The notes beneath the pieces were generated by a model. That model was not told where the DNA came from, ran no database searches, and saw nothing but the letters and a program-made list of their open reading frames with translations. Shown here piece after piece: positions 1-15,300 of a DNA stretch of 64,000 nucleotides. Source of the DNA: Narcine bancroftii (Eukaryota); the NCBI RefSeq assembly GCF_036971445.1, contig NC_091471.1:298902001-298966000 (forward strand), written 5' to 3'. The stretch's first letter is position 1, and every line of letters starts with the position of its first letter. The position numbers were made by a program, and so were the translations under genes.

Positions 1-159
1 TTGTATACCTAAAATGGATGAGAGGGGGGGGTGGGGGGGTGGTTTGGGAGGAAAGGGGGGGGGAGAAAAAGTCACTGTATATGTGTGAAAAGAAATAGTG
101 TATATCATGGCTAATGTGATTTATGGTGTGAAAAATAAAAAAATTAAAAAAAAAAAAAA
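1..159 (+). mobile_element. 3' end of a polyadenylated non-LTR retroposon (L1-like 3'UTR) joined to a mucin-array intron
   Basis: G-rich tracts, then AATAAA and a poly(A) run ending at 159. This abuts CATGATATTATTGTATTTC, which in other units is the middle of the type-B intron. Confidence 0.6.
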
Positions 160-230
160 CATGATATTATTGTATTTCAAAAGCACTCATGGCGTTAAAC
201 TTCTGTAACATGTCCATTTCACACTTCCAG

Positions 231-386
231 AAACAACTGGGACAACAAGTACAGAGGCAACGACTGTGGCCACCACAACATCTACAGAGACCACATCAGC
301 GGCAGGATCGTCAACTTTAGGCAGTTCAAGTGCAATTACAACAGAAATTACATCAGCTTCAACATCGACACCAACTGCAAGTACGG
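231..386 (+). CDS. Representative PTS exon type A (156 nt, phase 1-1): ETTGTTSTEATTVATTTSTETTSAAGSSTLGSSSAITTEITSASTSTPTAST
   Basis: Acceptor CACTTCCAG at 222-230, donor GTAAGT at 387; length is a multiple of 3. Confidence 0.92.
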
Positions 387-3300
387 GTAAGTCTACTAAA
401 GAGGACAGACATAAATTCAGGTTCAGTTTGTCTGATAAATGTGAAATAATGTGGATGTTATCATCAAACAAGCATTTTCATGATTTTCCAGACAATATCA
501 CAACAGTCTTGAAAAAAGCGTAAAGTAGTGTGTAATATTGTTGATTGCACATGAGCAGAAATGTTAGAGACATCTTATCATGTCAATTTATTTGTGGAAA
601 AGGACTCCCAGTCTTTGAACTTTCTTAAACAATTCACTTTCACATTGACAGAAACATCTGGAACCACATCAAGTACAGAGGAGATGACTGTTGCCCCCTC
701 AACCACTGAAGTGATCTCAGCTATGGCACAAACGTCAACTGCAGGCAGTTCAACTTCATTAACACCTGAAGTTACATCGACAACAACTGCAATCACCGGT
801 TAGTCTTCTTTAAAGAGGAAAAGACATAAATGTAGCGTATATTTCGCCAATATATCTGAAATTATTTGGATATTATCATTAAGGAAGGAATATACTGAAT
901 TTCCAGATAATATCGCACAGGAATTGAAAAGAAAAATAAAGTACCAGGAAATATTGGTCATTCTTCAAACTCTGAAGATTACAAAATGTATAAAAATGAT
1001 ATTATCGTATGTCAAAAAGCACTCATGACTTTAAACTTCTGTAACATGTCCCTTTCACACTTCCAGAAACAACTGGGACAACAAGTACAGAGGCAACAAC
1101 TGTGGCCACCACAACATCTACAGAGACCACATCAGCGGCAGGATCGTCAACTTTAGGCAGTTCAAGTGCAATAACAACAGAAATTACATCAGCTTCAACA
1201 TCGACACCAACTGCAAGTACGGGTAAGTCTACTAAAGAGGACAGACATAAATTCAGGTTCTGTTTGTCTGATAAATGTGAAATAATGTGAATGTTATCAT
1301 CAATCAAGCATTTTATTATTTTCCAGACAATATCACAACAGTCTTGAAAAAAGCATAATGTGGCGTGTAATATTGTTGATTGCTCATGCGCAGAAATGTT
1401 CCAAATGTCTTTTCGTGTCAATTTATTTGTGGAAAAGGACTCCCAGTCTTTCAACTTTCTTAAAAAATTTACTTTCACACTTCCAGAAACATCTGGAACC
1501 ACATCAAGTACAGAGGAGATGCCTGTGGCCCCCTCAACAACTGAAGTGATCTCAACTACAGCGCAAACGTCAACTGCAGGCAGTTCAACTTCATTAACAC
1601 CTGAAGTTACATCGACAACAACTGCAATCACCGGTTAGTCTTCTTTTAAGAGGAAACGAGATAAATGTAGCATATCTTTCGCCAATAAATCTGAAATTAT
1701 TTGGATATTATCATCAAGCAAGGAATATACTGAATTTCCAGATAATATCGCACAGGAAATGAAAAGGAAAATGAAGTACCAGGAAAAATTGGTCATTCTT
1801 GAAACTCAGAAGATTACAAAACGTATAAACATGATATTATTGTATTTCAAAAGCACTCATGGTGTTAAACGTCTGTAACATGTCTCTTTACACTTCCAGA
1901 AACAACTGGGACAACAAGTACAGAGGCAACGACTGTGGCCACCACAACATCTACAGAGACCACATCAGCGGCAGGATCGTCAACTTTAGGCAGTTCAAGT
2001 GCAATAACAACAGAAATTACATCAGCTTCAACATCGACACCAACTGCAAGTACGGGTAAGTCTACTAAAGAGGACAGACATAAATTCAGGTTCAGTTTGT
2101 CTGATAAATGTGAAATAATGTGGATGTTATCATCAAACAAGCAGTTTCATGATTTTCCAGACAATATCACAACAGTCTTGAAAAAAGCGTAAAGTAGTGT
2201 GTAATATTGTTGATTGCTCATGAGCAGAAATGTTAGAGACATCTTATCATGTCAATTTATTTGTGGAAAAGGACTCCCAGTCTTTGAACTTTCTTAAACA
2301 ATTCACTTTCACATTGACAGAAACATCTGGAACCACATCAAGTACAGAGGAGATGACTGTGGCCCCCTCAACCACTGAAGTGATCTCAGCTATGGCACAA
2401 ACGTCAACTGCAGGCAGTTCAACTTCATTGACACCTGAAGTTACATCGACAACAACTGCAAGCACCGGTTAGTCTTCTTTAAAGAGGAAAAGACATAAAT
2501 GTAGCGTATATTTCGCCAATATTTCTGAAATTATTTGGATATTATCATCAAGGAAGGAATTTAATGAATTTCCATATAATAATGCACAGGAATTGAAAAG
2601 AAAAATAAAGTACCACGAAATATTGGTCATTCTTCAAACTCAGAAGATTACAAAATGTATAAAAATGATATTATTGTCTGTCAAAAAGCACTCATGACTT
2701 TAAACTTCTGTAACATGTCCCTTGCAAACCTACAGAAACAACTCGGACAACAAGTACAGAGGCAACGACTGTGGCCACCACAACATCTACAGAGACCACA
2801 TCAGCGGCAGGATCGTCAACTGTAGGCAGTTCAAGTTCAATAACAACAGAAATTACATCAGCTTCAACATCGACACCAACTGCAAGTACGGGTAAGTCTA
2901 CTAAAGAGGAACAGACATAAGTTCAGGTTCTGTTTGTCTGATAAATGTGAAATAATGTGGATGTTATCATCAAACAAGCATTTTCATGATTTTCCAAAAA
3001 ATATCACAACAGCCTTGAAAAAAGCATAAAGTGGCATTTAATATTGTTGATTGCTCATGCGCAGAAATGTTCCAAATGTCTTTTCGTGTCAATTTATTTG
3101 TGGAAAAGGACTCCCAGTCTTTCAACTTTCTTAAAAAATTTACTTTCACACTTCCAGAAACATCTGGAACCACATCAAGTACAGATGAGATGACTGTGGC
3201 CCCCTCAACAACTGAAGTGATCTCAACTACGGCGCAAACGTCAACTGCAGGCAGTTCAACTTCATTGACACCTGAGGTTACATCGACAACAACTGCAATC

Positions 3301-6300
3301 ACCGGTTAGTCTTCTTTTAAGAGGAAACGAGATAAATGTAGCATATCTTTCGCCAATAAATCTGAAATTATTTGGATATTATCATCAAGCAAGGAATATA
3401 CTGAATTTCCAGATAATATCGCACAGAAATGAAAAGAAAAATGAAGTACTAGGAAATATTGGTCATTCTTCAAACTCAGAAGATTTCAAAACATATAAAC
3501 ATGATATTATTGTATTTCAAAAGCACTCATGGTGTTAAACTTCTGTAACATGTCTCTTTCACACTTCCAGAAACAACTGGGACAACAAGTACAGAGGCAA
3601 CGACTCTGGCCACCACAACATCAGCGGCAGGATCGTCAACTTTAGGCAGTTCAAGTGCAATAACAACAGAAATTACATCAGCTTCAACATCGACACCAAC
3701 TGCAAGTACGGGTAAGTCTACTAAAGAGGACAGACATAAGTTCAGGTTCTGTTTGTCTGATAAATGTGAAATAATGTGGATGTTATCATCAAACAAGCAT
3801 TTTCAAGATTTTCCAAAAAATATCACAACAGTCTTGAAAAAAGCATAAAGTGGCGTGTAATATTGTTGATTGCTCATGCGCAGAAATGTTCCAAATGTCT
3901 TTTCGTGTCAATTTATTTGTGGAAAAGGACTCCCAGTCTTTCAACTTTCTTAAAAAATTTACTTTGACACTTCCAGAAACATCTGGAACCACATCAAGTA
4001 CAGAGGAGATGACTGTGGCCCCCTCAACAACTGAAGTGATCTCAACTACAGCGCAAACATCAACTGCAGGCAGTTCAACTTCATTAACACCTGAAGTTAC
4101 ATCGACAACAACTGCAATCACAGGTTAGTCTTCTTTTAAGAGGAAACGAGATAAATGTAGCGTATCTTTCGCCAATAAATCTGAAATTATTTGGATATTA
4201 TCATCAAGCAAGGAATATACTGAATTTCCAGATAATATCGCAAAGGAAATGAAAAGAAAAATAAAGTACCATGAAATATTGGTCATTCTTCAAACTCAGA
4301 AGATTACAAAATGTATAAAAATTATATTATTGTCTGTCAAAAAGCACTCATGACTTTAAACTTCTGTAAATTGTCCCTTGCAAACTTACAGAAACAACTG
4401 GGACAACAAGTACAGAGGCAACGACTATGGCCACCACAACATCTACAGAGACCACATCAGCGGCAGGATCGTCAACTTTAGGCAGTTCAAGTGCAATAAC
4501 AACAGAAATTATATCAGCTTCAACATCGACACCAACTGCAAGTACGGGTAAGTCTACTAAAGAGGACAGACATAAATTCAGGTTCAGTTTGTCTGATAAA
4601 TGTGAAATAATGTGGATGTTATCATCAAACAAGCATTTTCATGATTTTCCAGACAATATCACAACAGTCTTGAAAAAAGCGTAAAGTAGCGCGTAATATT
4701 GTTGATTTCTCATGAGCAGAAATGTTAGAGACATCTTATCATGTCAATTTATTTGTGGAAAAGGACTCCCAGTCTTTGAACTTTCTTAAACAATTCACTT
4801 TCACACTGACAGAAACATCTGGAACCACATCAAGTACAGAGGAGATGACTGTGGCCCCCTCAACAACTGAAGTGATCTCAACTACGGCACAAACGTCAAC
4901 TGCAGGCAGTTCAACTTCATTAACAACTGAAGTTACATCGACAACAACTGCAAGCACTGGTTAGTCTTCTTCAAAGAGGAAAAGCATAAATGTAGCGTAT
5001 ATTTCGCCGATATTTCTGAAATTATTTGGATATTATCATCAAGGAAGGAATTTAATGAATTTCCAGATAATAATGCACAGGAATTGAAAAGAAAAATAAA
5101 GTACCACGAAATATTGGTCATTCTTCAAACTCAGAAGATTACAAAATGTATAAAAATGATATTATTGTCTGTCAAAAAGCACTCATGACTTTAAAATTCT
5201 GTAACATGTCCCTTGCAAACTTACAGAAACAACTGGGACAACAAGTACAGAGGCAACGACTGTGGCCACCACAACATCTACAGAGACCACATCAGCGGCA
5301 GGATCGTCAACTTTAGGCAGTTCAAGTGCAATAACAACAGAAATTACATCAGCTTCAACATCGACACCAACTGCAAGTACGGGTACGTCTACTAAAGAGG
5401 AACAGACATAAATTCAGGTTCTGTTTGTCTGATAAATGTGAAATAATGTGGATGTTATCATCAAACAAGCATTTTCATGATTTTCCAAAAAATATCACAA
5501 CAGTCTTGAAAAAAGCATAAAGTGGCGTGTAATATTGTTGATTGCTCATGCGCAGAAATGTTCCAAATGTCTTTTCGTGTCAATTTATTTCTGGAAAAGG
5601 ACTCCCAGTCTTTGAACTTTCTTAAAAAATTTACTTTCACACTTCCAGAAACATCTGGAACCACATCAAGTACAGAGGAGATGACTGTGGCCCCCTCAAC
5701 AACTGAAGTTATCTCAACTATAGCGCAAACGTCAACTGCAGGCAGTTCAACTTCATTAACACCTGAGGTTACATCGACAACATCTGCAATCACCGGTTAG
5801 TCTTCTTTTAAGAGGAAACGAGATAAATGTAGCATATCTTTCACCAATAAACCTGAAATTATTTGGATATTATCATCAAGCAAGGAATATACTGAATTTC
5901 CAGATAATATCGCACAGGAAATGAAAAGAAAAATGAAGTACCAGGAAATATTGGTCATTCTTGAAACTCAGAAGATTACAAAACGTATAAACATGATATT
6001 ATTGTATTTCAAAAGCATTCATGACTTTAAACTTCTGTAACATGTCCCTTTCACACTTCCAGAAACAACTGGGACAACAAGTACAGAGGCAACGACTGTG
6101 GCCACCACAACATCTACAGAGACCACATCAGCGGCAGGATCGTCAACTTTAGGCAGTTCAAGTGCAATAACAACAGAAATTACATCAGCTTCTACATCGA
6201 CACCAACTGCAAGTACGGGTAAGTCTACTAAAGAGGACAGACATAAATTCAGGTTCTGTTTGTCTGATAAATGTGAAATAATGTGGATGTTATCATCAAA

Positions 6301-9300
6301 CAAGCATTTTCATGATTTTCCAGACAATATCACAACAGTCTTGAAAAAAGCATAATGTGGCGTGTAATATTCTTGATTGCTCATGCGCAGAAATGTTCCA
6401 AATGTCTTTTCGTGTCAATTTATTTGTGGAGAAGGACTCCCAGTCTTTCAACTTTCTTAAAAAATTTACTTTCACACTTCCAGAAACATCTGGAACCACA
6501 TCAAGTACAGATGAGATGACTGTGGCCCCCTCAACAACTGAAGTGATCTCAACTACAGCGCAAACGTCAACTGCAGGCAGTTCAACTTCATTAACACCTG
6601 AGGTTACATCGACAACAACTGCAATCACCGGTTAGTCTTCTTTTAAGAGGAAACGAGATAAATGTAGCATATCTTTCACCAATAAACCTGAAATTATTTG
6701 GATATTATCATCAAGCAAGGAATATACTGAATTTCCAGATAATATCGCACAGGAAATGAAAAGGAAAATGAAGTACCAGGAAATATTGGTCATTCTTGAA
6801 ACTCAGAAGATTACAAAACGTATAAACATGATATTATTGTATTTCAAAAGCACTCATGGCGTTAAACTTCTGTAACATGTCCCTTTCACACTTCCAGAAA
6901 CAACTGGGACAACAAGTACAGAGGCAACGACTGTGGCCACCACAACATCTACAGAGACCACATCAGCGGCAGGATCGTCAACTTTAGGCAGTTCAAGTGC
7001 AATAACAACAGAAATTACATCAGCTTCAACATCGACACCAACTGCAAGTACGGGTAAGTCTACTAAAGAGGACAGACATAAATTCAGGTTCAGTTTGTCT
7101 GATAAATGTGAAATAATGTGAATGTTATCATCAAACAAGCATTTTCATGATTTTCCAGACAATATCACAACAGTCTTGAAAAAAGCGTAAAGTAGTGTGT
7201 AATATTGTTGATTGCACATGAGCAGAAATGTTCCAAATGTCTTTTCGTGTCAATTTATTTGTGGAAAAGGACTCCCAGTCTTTGAACTTTCTTAAACAAT
7301 TCACTTTCACATTGACAGAAACATCTGGAACCACATCAAGTACAGAGGAGATGACTGTTGCCCCCTCAACCACTGAAGTGATCTCAGCTATGGCACAAAC
7401 GTCAACTGCAGGCAGTTCAACTTCATTAACACCTGAAGTTACATCGACAACAACTGCAATCACCGGTTAGTCTTCTTTAAAGAGGAAAAGACATAAATGT
7501 AGCGTATATTTCGCCAATAAATCTGAAATTAATTGGATATTATCATCAAGCAAGGAATATACTGAATTTATAGATAATATCGCACAGGAAATGAAAAGAA
7601 AAATGAAATACCAGGAAATATTGGTCATTCTTGAAACTCAGAAGATTACAAAACGTATAAACATGATATTATTGTATTTCAAAAGCACTCATGGTGTTAA
7701 ACGTCTGTAACATGTCTCTTTACACTTCCAGAAACAACTGGGACAACAAGTACAGAGGCAACGACTGTGGCCACCACAACATCTACAGAGACCACATCAG
7801 CGGCAGGATCGTCAACTTTAGGCAGTTCAAGTGCAATAACAACAGAAATTACATCAGCTTCAACATCGACACCAACTGCAAGTACGGGTAAGTCTACTAA
7901 AGAGGACAGACATCAATTCAGGTTCAGTTTGTCTGATAAATGTGAAATAATGTGGATGTTATCATCAAACATGCATTTTCATGATTTTCCAGACAATATC
8001 ACAACAGTCTTGAAAAAAGCGTAAAGTAGTGTGTAATATTGTTGATTGCTCATGAGCAGAAATGTTAGAGACATCTTATCATGTCAATTTATTTGTGGAA
8101 AAGGACTCCCAGTCTTTGAACTTTCTTAAACAATTCACTTTCACACTGACAGAAACATCTGGAACCACATCAAGTACAGAGGAGATGACTGTGGCCCCCT
8201 CAACAACTGAAGTGATCTCAACTACAGCGCAAACGTCAACTGCAGGCAGTTCAACTTCATTAACACCTGAAGTTATATCGACAACAACTGCAATCACCGG
8301 TTAGTCTTCTTTTAAGAGGAAACGAGATAAATGTAGCATATCTTTCGCCAATAAATCTGAAATTAATTGGATATTATCATCAAGCAAGGAATATACTGAA
8401 TTTCTAGATAATATCGCACAGGAAATGAAAAGAAAAATGAAATACCAGGAAATATTGGTCATTCTTGAAACTCAGAAGATTACAAAACGTATAAACATGA
8501 TATTATTGTATTTCAAAAGCACTCATGGTGTTAAACGTCTGTAACATGTCAATTTACACTTCCAGAAACAACTGGGACAACAAGTACAGAGGCAACGACT
8601 GTGGCCACCACAACATCTACAGAGACCACATCAGCGGCAGGATCGTCAACTTTAGGCAGTTCAAGTGCAATAACAACAGAAATTACATCAGCTTCAACAT
8701 CGACACCAACTGCAAGTACGGGTAAGTCTACTAAAGAGGACAGACATAAATTCAGGTTCTGTTTGTCTGATAAATGTGAAATAATGTGGATGTTATCATC
8801 AAACAAGCATTTTCATGATTTTCCAGACAATATCACAACAGTCTTGAAAAAAGCATAAAGTGGCGTGTAATATTGTTGATTGAACATGCGCAGAAATGTT
8901 AGAGACGTCTTATCATTTCAATTTATTTGTGGAAAAGGACTCCCAGTCTTTCAACTTTCTTAAACAATTCACTTTCACACTGACAGAAACATCTGGAACC
9001 ACATCAAGTACAGAGGAGATGACTGTGGCCCCCTCAACAACTGAAGTGATCTCAACTACAGCGCAAACGTCAACTGCAGGCAGTTCAACTTCATTAACAC
9101 CTGAAGTTATATCGACAACAACTGCAATCACCGGTTAGTCTTCTTTTAAGAGGAAACGAGATAAATGTAGCATATCTTTCGCCAATAAATCTGAAATTAA
9201 TTGGATGTTATCATCAAGCAAGGAATTTACTGAATTTCCAGATAATATCGCACAGGAATTGAAAAGAAAAATAAAGTACCAGGAAATATTGGTCATTCTT

Positions 9301-12300
9301 CAAACTCAGAAGATTACAAAATGTATAAAAATGATATTATCGTATGTCAAAAAGCACTCATGACTTTAAACTTCTGTAACATGTCCCTTTCACACTTCCA
9401 GAAACAACTGGGACAACAAGTACAGAGGCAACGACTGTGGCCACCACAACATCTACAGAGACCACATCAGCGGCAGATTCGTCAACTTTAGGCAGTTCAA
9501 GTGCAATAACAACAGAAATTACATCAGCTTCAACATCGACACCAACTGCAAGTACGGGTAAGTCTACTAAAGAGGACAGACATAAATTCAGGTTCTGTTT
9601 GTCTGATAAATGTGAAATAATGTGGATGTTATCATCAAACAAGCATTTTCATGATTTTCCAGACAATATCACAACAGTCTTGAAAAAAGCATAAAGTGGC
9701 GTGTAATATTGTTGATTGAACATGCGCAGAAATGTTAGAGACGTCTTATCATGTCAATTTATTTGTGGAAAAGGACTCCAGTCTTTCAACTTTCTTAAAC
9801 AATTCACTTTCACACTGACAGAAACATCTGGAACCACATCAAGTACAGAGGAGATGACTGTGGCCCCCTCAACAACTGAAGTGATCTCAACTACAGCGCA
9901 AACGTCAACTGCAGGCAGTTCAACTTCATTAACACCTGAAGTTATATCGACAACAACTGCAATCACCGGTTAGTCTTCTTTTAAGAGGAAACGAGATAAA
10001 TGTAGCATATCTTTCGCCAATAAATCTGAAATTAATTGGATATTATCATCAAGCAAGGAATATACTGAATTTCTAGATAATATCGCACAGGAAATGAAAA
10101 GAAAAATGAAATACCAGGAAATATTGGTCATTCTTGAAACTCAGAAGATTACAAAACGTATAAACATGATATTATTGTATTTCAAAAGCACTCATGGTGT
10201 TAAACGTCTGTAACATGTCTCTTTACACTTCCAGAAACAACTGGGACAACAAGTACAGAGGCAACGACTGTGGCCACCACAACATCTACAGAGACCACAT
10301 CAGCGGCAGGATCGTCAACTTTAGGCAGTTCAAGTGCAATAACAACAGAAATTACATCAGCTTCAACATCGACACCAACTGCAAGTACGGGTAAGTCTAC
10401 TAAAGAGGACAGACATCAATTCAGGTTCAGTTTGTCTGATAAATGTGAAATAATGTGGATGTTATCATCAAACATGCATTTTCATGATTTTCCAGACAAT
10501 ATCACAACAGTCTTGAAAAAAGCGTAAAGTAGTGTGTAATATTGTTGATTGCTCATGAGCAGAAATGTTAGAGACATCTTATCATGTCAATTTATTTGTG
10601 GAAAAGGACTCCCAGTCTTTGAACTTTCTTAAACAATTCACTTTCACATTGACAGAAACATCTGGAACCACATCAAGTACAGAGGAGATGACTGTTGCCC
10701 CCTCAACAACTGAAGTGATCTCAGCTATGGCACAAACGTCAACTGCAGGCAGTTCAACTTCATTAACACCTGAAGTTACATCGACAACAACTGCAATCAC
10801 CGGTTAGTCTTCTTTAAAGAGGAAAAGACATAAATGTAGCGTATATTTCGCCAATATATCTGAAATTATTTGGATATTATTATTAAGGAAGGAATATACT
10901 GAATTTCCAGATAATATTGCACAGGAAATTAAAAGAAAAATGAAGTACCAGGAAATATTGGTCATTCTTGAAACTCAGAAGGTTACAAAACGTATAAACA
11001 TGATATGATTGTATTTCAAAAGCACTCATGGCGTTAAACTTCTGTAACATGTCCCTTTCACACTTCCAGAAACAACTGGGACAACAAGTACAGAGGCAAC
11101 GACTGTGGCCACCACAACATCTACAGAGACCACATCATCGGCAGGATCATCAACTTTAGGCAGTTCAAGTGCAATAACAACAGAAATTACATCAGCTTCA
11201 ACATCGACACCAACTGCAAGTACGGGTACGTCTACTAAAGAGGACAGACATAAATTCAGGTTCTGTTTGTCTGATAAATGTGAAATAATGTGGATGTTAT
11301 CATCAAACATACATTTTCATGATTTTCCAGACAATATCACAACAGTCATGAAAAAAGCGTAAAGTAGCGTGAAATATCGTTCATTGCTCTTGCGCAGAAA
11401 TGTTCGAGACGTCTTATCATGTCAATTTATTTGTGGAAAAGGACTCTCAGTCTTTGAACTTTCTTAAACAATTTACTTTCACACTTCCAGAAACATCTGG
11501 AACCACATCAAGTACAGAGGAGATGACTGTGGCCCCCTCAACAACTGAAGTGATCTCAACATCGGCACAAACGTCAACTGCAGGCAGTTCAAGTTCATTA
11601 ACAACTGAAGTTACATCGACAACAACAGCAAGCACTGGTTAGTCTTCTTCAAAGAGGAATACAGATAGCCTATCTTTCTCAAATAAATCTGAAATTATGT
11701 GGATGTTATCATCAAGCAAGGAATTTACTGAATTTCCAAATAATATCGCACAGGAATTGAAAAGAAAAATAAAGTACCAGGAAATATTGGTCATTCTTCA
11801 AACTCAGAAGATTACAAAATGTATAAAAATGATATTATCGTATGTCAAAAAGCACTCATGACTTTAAACTTCTGTAACATGTCCCTTTCACACTTCCAGA
11901 AACAACTGGGACAACAAGTACAGAGGCAACGACTGTGGCCACCACAACATCTACAGAGACCACATCAGCGGCAGGATCGTCAACTTTAGGCAGTTCAAGT
12001 GCAATAACAACAGAAATTACATCAGCTTCAACATCGACACCAACTGCAAGTACGGGTAAGTCTACTAAAGAGGACAGACATAAATTCAGGTTCTGTTTGT
12101 CTGATAAATGTGAAATAATGTGGATGTTATCATCAAACAAGCATTTTCATGATTTTCCAGACAATATCACAACAGTCTTGAAAAAAGCATAAAGTGGCGT
12201 GGAATATTGTTGATTGACCATGCGCAGAAATGTTAGAGACGTCTTATCATGTCAATTTATTTGTGGAAAAGGACTCCCAGTCTTTCAACTTTCTTTAACA

Positions 12301-15300
12301 ATTCACTTTCACACTGACAGAAACATCTGGAACCACATCAAGTACAGAGGAGATGACTGTGGCCCCCTCAACAACTGAAGTGATCTCAACTACAGCGCAA
12401 ACGTCAACTGCAGGCAGTTCAACTTCATTAACACCTGAAGTTATATCGACAACAACTGTAATCACCGGTTAGTCTTCTTTTAAGAGGAAACGAGATAAAT
12501 GTAGCATATCTTTCGCCAATAAATCTGAAATTAATTGGATATTATCATCAAGCAAGGAATATACTGAATTTCTAGATAATATCGCACAGGAAATGAAAAG
12601 AAAAATGAAATACCAGGAAATATTGGTCATTCTTGAAACTCAGAAGATTACAAAACGTATAAACATGATATTATTGTATTTCAAAAGCACTCATGGTGTT
12701 AAACGTCTGTAACATGTCAATTTACACTTCCAGAAACAACTGGGACAACAAGTACAGAGGCAACGACTGTGGCCACCACAACATCTACAGAGACCACATC
12801 AGCGGCAGGATCGTCAACTTTAGGCAGTTCAAGTGCAATAACAACAGAAATTACATCAGCTTCAACATCGACACCAACTGCAAGTACGGGTAAGTCTACT
12901 AAAGAGGACAGACATAAATTCAGGTTCTGTTTGTCTGATAAATGTGAAATAATGTGGATGTTATCATCAAACAAGCATTTTCATGATTTTCCAGACAATA
13001 TCACAACAGTCTTGAAAAAAGCATAAAGTGGCGTGTAATATTGTTGATTGATCATGCGCAGAAATGTTAGAGACGTCTTATCATGTCAATTTATTTGTGG
13101 AAAAGGACTCCCAGTCTTTCAACTTTCTTAAACAATTCACTTTCACACTGACAGAAACATCTGGAACCACATCAAGTACAGAGGAGATGACTGTGGCCCC
13201 CTCAACAACTGAAGTGATCTCAACTACAGCGCAAACGTCAACTGCAGGCAGTTCAACTTCATTAACACCTGAAGTTATATCGACAACAACTGCAATCACC
13301 GGTTAGTCTTCTTTTAAGAGGAAATGAGATAAATGTAGCATATCTTTCGCCAATAAATCTGAAATTATGTGGATGTTATCATCAAGCAAGGAATTTACTG
13401 AATTTCCAGATAATATCGCACAGGAATTGAAAAGAAAAATAAAGTACCAGGAAATATTGGTCATTCTTCAAACTCTGAAGATTACAAAATGTATAAAAAT
13501 GATATTATCGTATGTCAAAAAGCACTCATGACTTTAAACTTCTGTAACATGTCCCTTTCACACTTCCAGAAACAACTGGGACAACAAGTACAGAGGCAAC
13601 GACTGTGGCCACCACAACATCTACAGAGACCACATCAGCGGCAGGATCGTCAACTTTAGGCAGTTCAAGTGCAATAACAACAGAAATTACATCAGCTTCA
13701 ACATCGACACCAACTGCAAGTACGGGTAAGTCTACTAAAGAGGACAGACATAAATTCAGGTTCTGTTTGTCTGATAAATGTGAAATAATGTGGATGTTAT
13801 CATCAAACAAGCATTTTCATGATTTTCCAGACAATATCACAACAGTCTTGAAAAAAGCATAAAGTGGCGTGTAATATTGTTGATTGATCATGCGCAGAAA
13901 TGTTAGAGACGTCTTATGGTGTCAATTTATTTGTGGAAAAGGACTCCCAGTCTTTCAACTTTCTTAAAAAATTTACTTTCACACTTCCAGAAACATCTGA
14001 AACCACATCAAGTACAGAGGAGATGACTGTGGCCCCCTCAACAACTGAAGTGATCTCAACGACAGCGCAAACATCAACTGCAGGCAGTTCAACTTCATTA
14101 ACACCTGAAGTTACATCGACAACAACTGCAATCACCGGTTAGTCTTCTTTTAAGAGGAAACGAGATAAATGTAGCGTATCTTTCGCCAATAAATCTGAAA
14201 TTATTTGGATATTATCATCAAGCAAGGAATATACTGAATTTCCAGATAATATCGCACAGGAAATGAAAAGAAAAATAAAGTACCACGAAATATTGGTCAT
14301 TCTTCAAACTCAGAAGATTACAAAATGTATAAAAATTATATTATTGTCTGTCAAAAAGCACTCATGACTTTAAACTTCTGTAAATTGTCCCTTGCAAACT
14401 TACAGAAACAACTGGGACAACAAGTACAGAGGCAACGACTGTGGCCACCACAACATCTACAGAGACCACATCAGCGGCAGGATCGTCAACTTTAGGCAGT
14501 TCAAGTGCAATAACAACAGAAATTACATCAGCTTCAACATCGACACCAACTGCAAGTACGGGTACGTCTACTAAAGAGGACAGACATAAATTCAGGTTCA
14601 GTTTGTCTGATAAATGTGAAATAATGTGGATGTTATCATCAAACAAGCATTTTCATGATTTTCCAGACAATATCACAACAGTCTTGAAAAAAGCATAAAG
14701 TGGCGTGTAATATTGTTGATTGATCATGCGCAGAAATGTTCGAGACGTCTTATCATGTCAATTTATTTGTGGAAAAGGACTCCCAGTCTTTCAACTTTCT
14801 TTAACAATTCACTTTCACACTGACAGAAACATCTGGAACCACATCAAGTACAGAGGAGATGACTGTGGCCCCCTCAACAACTGAAGTGATCTCAACTACA
14901 GCGCAAACGTCAACTGCAGGCAGTTCAACTTCATTTACACCTGAAGTTATATCGACAAAAACTGCAATCACCGGTTAGTCTTCTTTTAAGAGGAAACGAG
15001 ATAAATGTAGCATATCTTTCGCCAATAAATCTGAAATTAATTGGATATTATCATCAAGCAAGGAATATACTGAATTTCTAGATAATATCGCACAGGAAAT
15101 GAAAAGAAAAATGAAGTACCAGGAAATATTGGTCATTCTTGAAACTCAGAAGATTACAAAACGTATAAACATGATATTATTGTATTTCAAAAGCACTCAT
15201 GGTGTTAAACGTCTGTAACATGTCTCTTTCACACTTCCAGAAACAACTGGGACAACAAGTACAGAGGCAACGACTGTGGCCACCACAACATCTACAGAGA

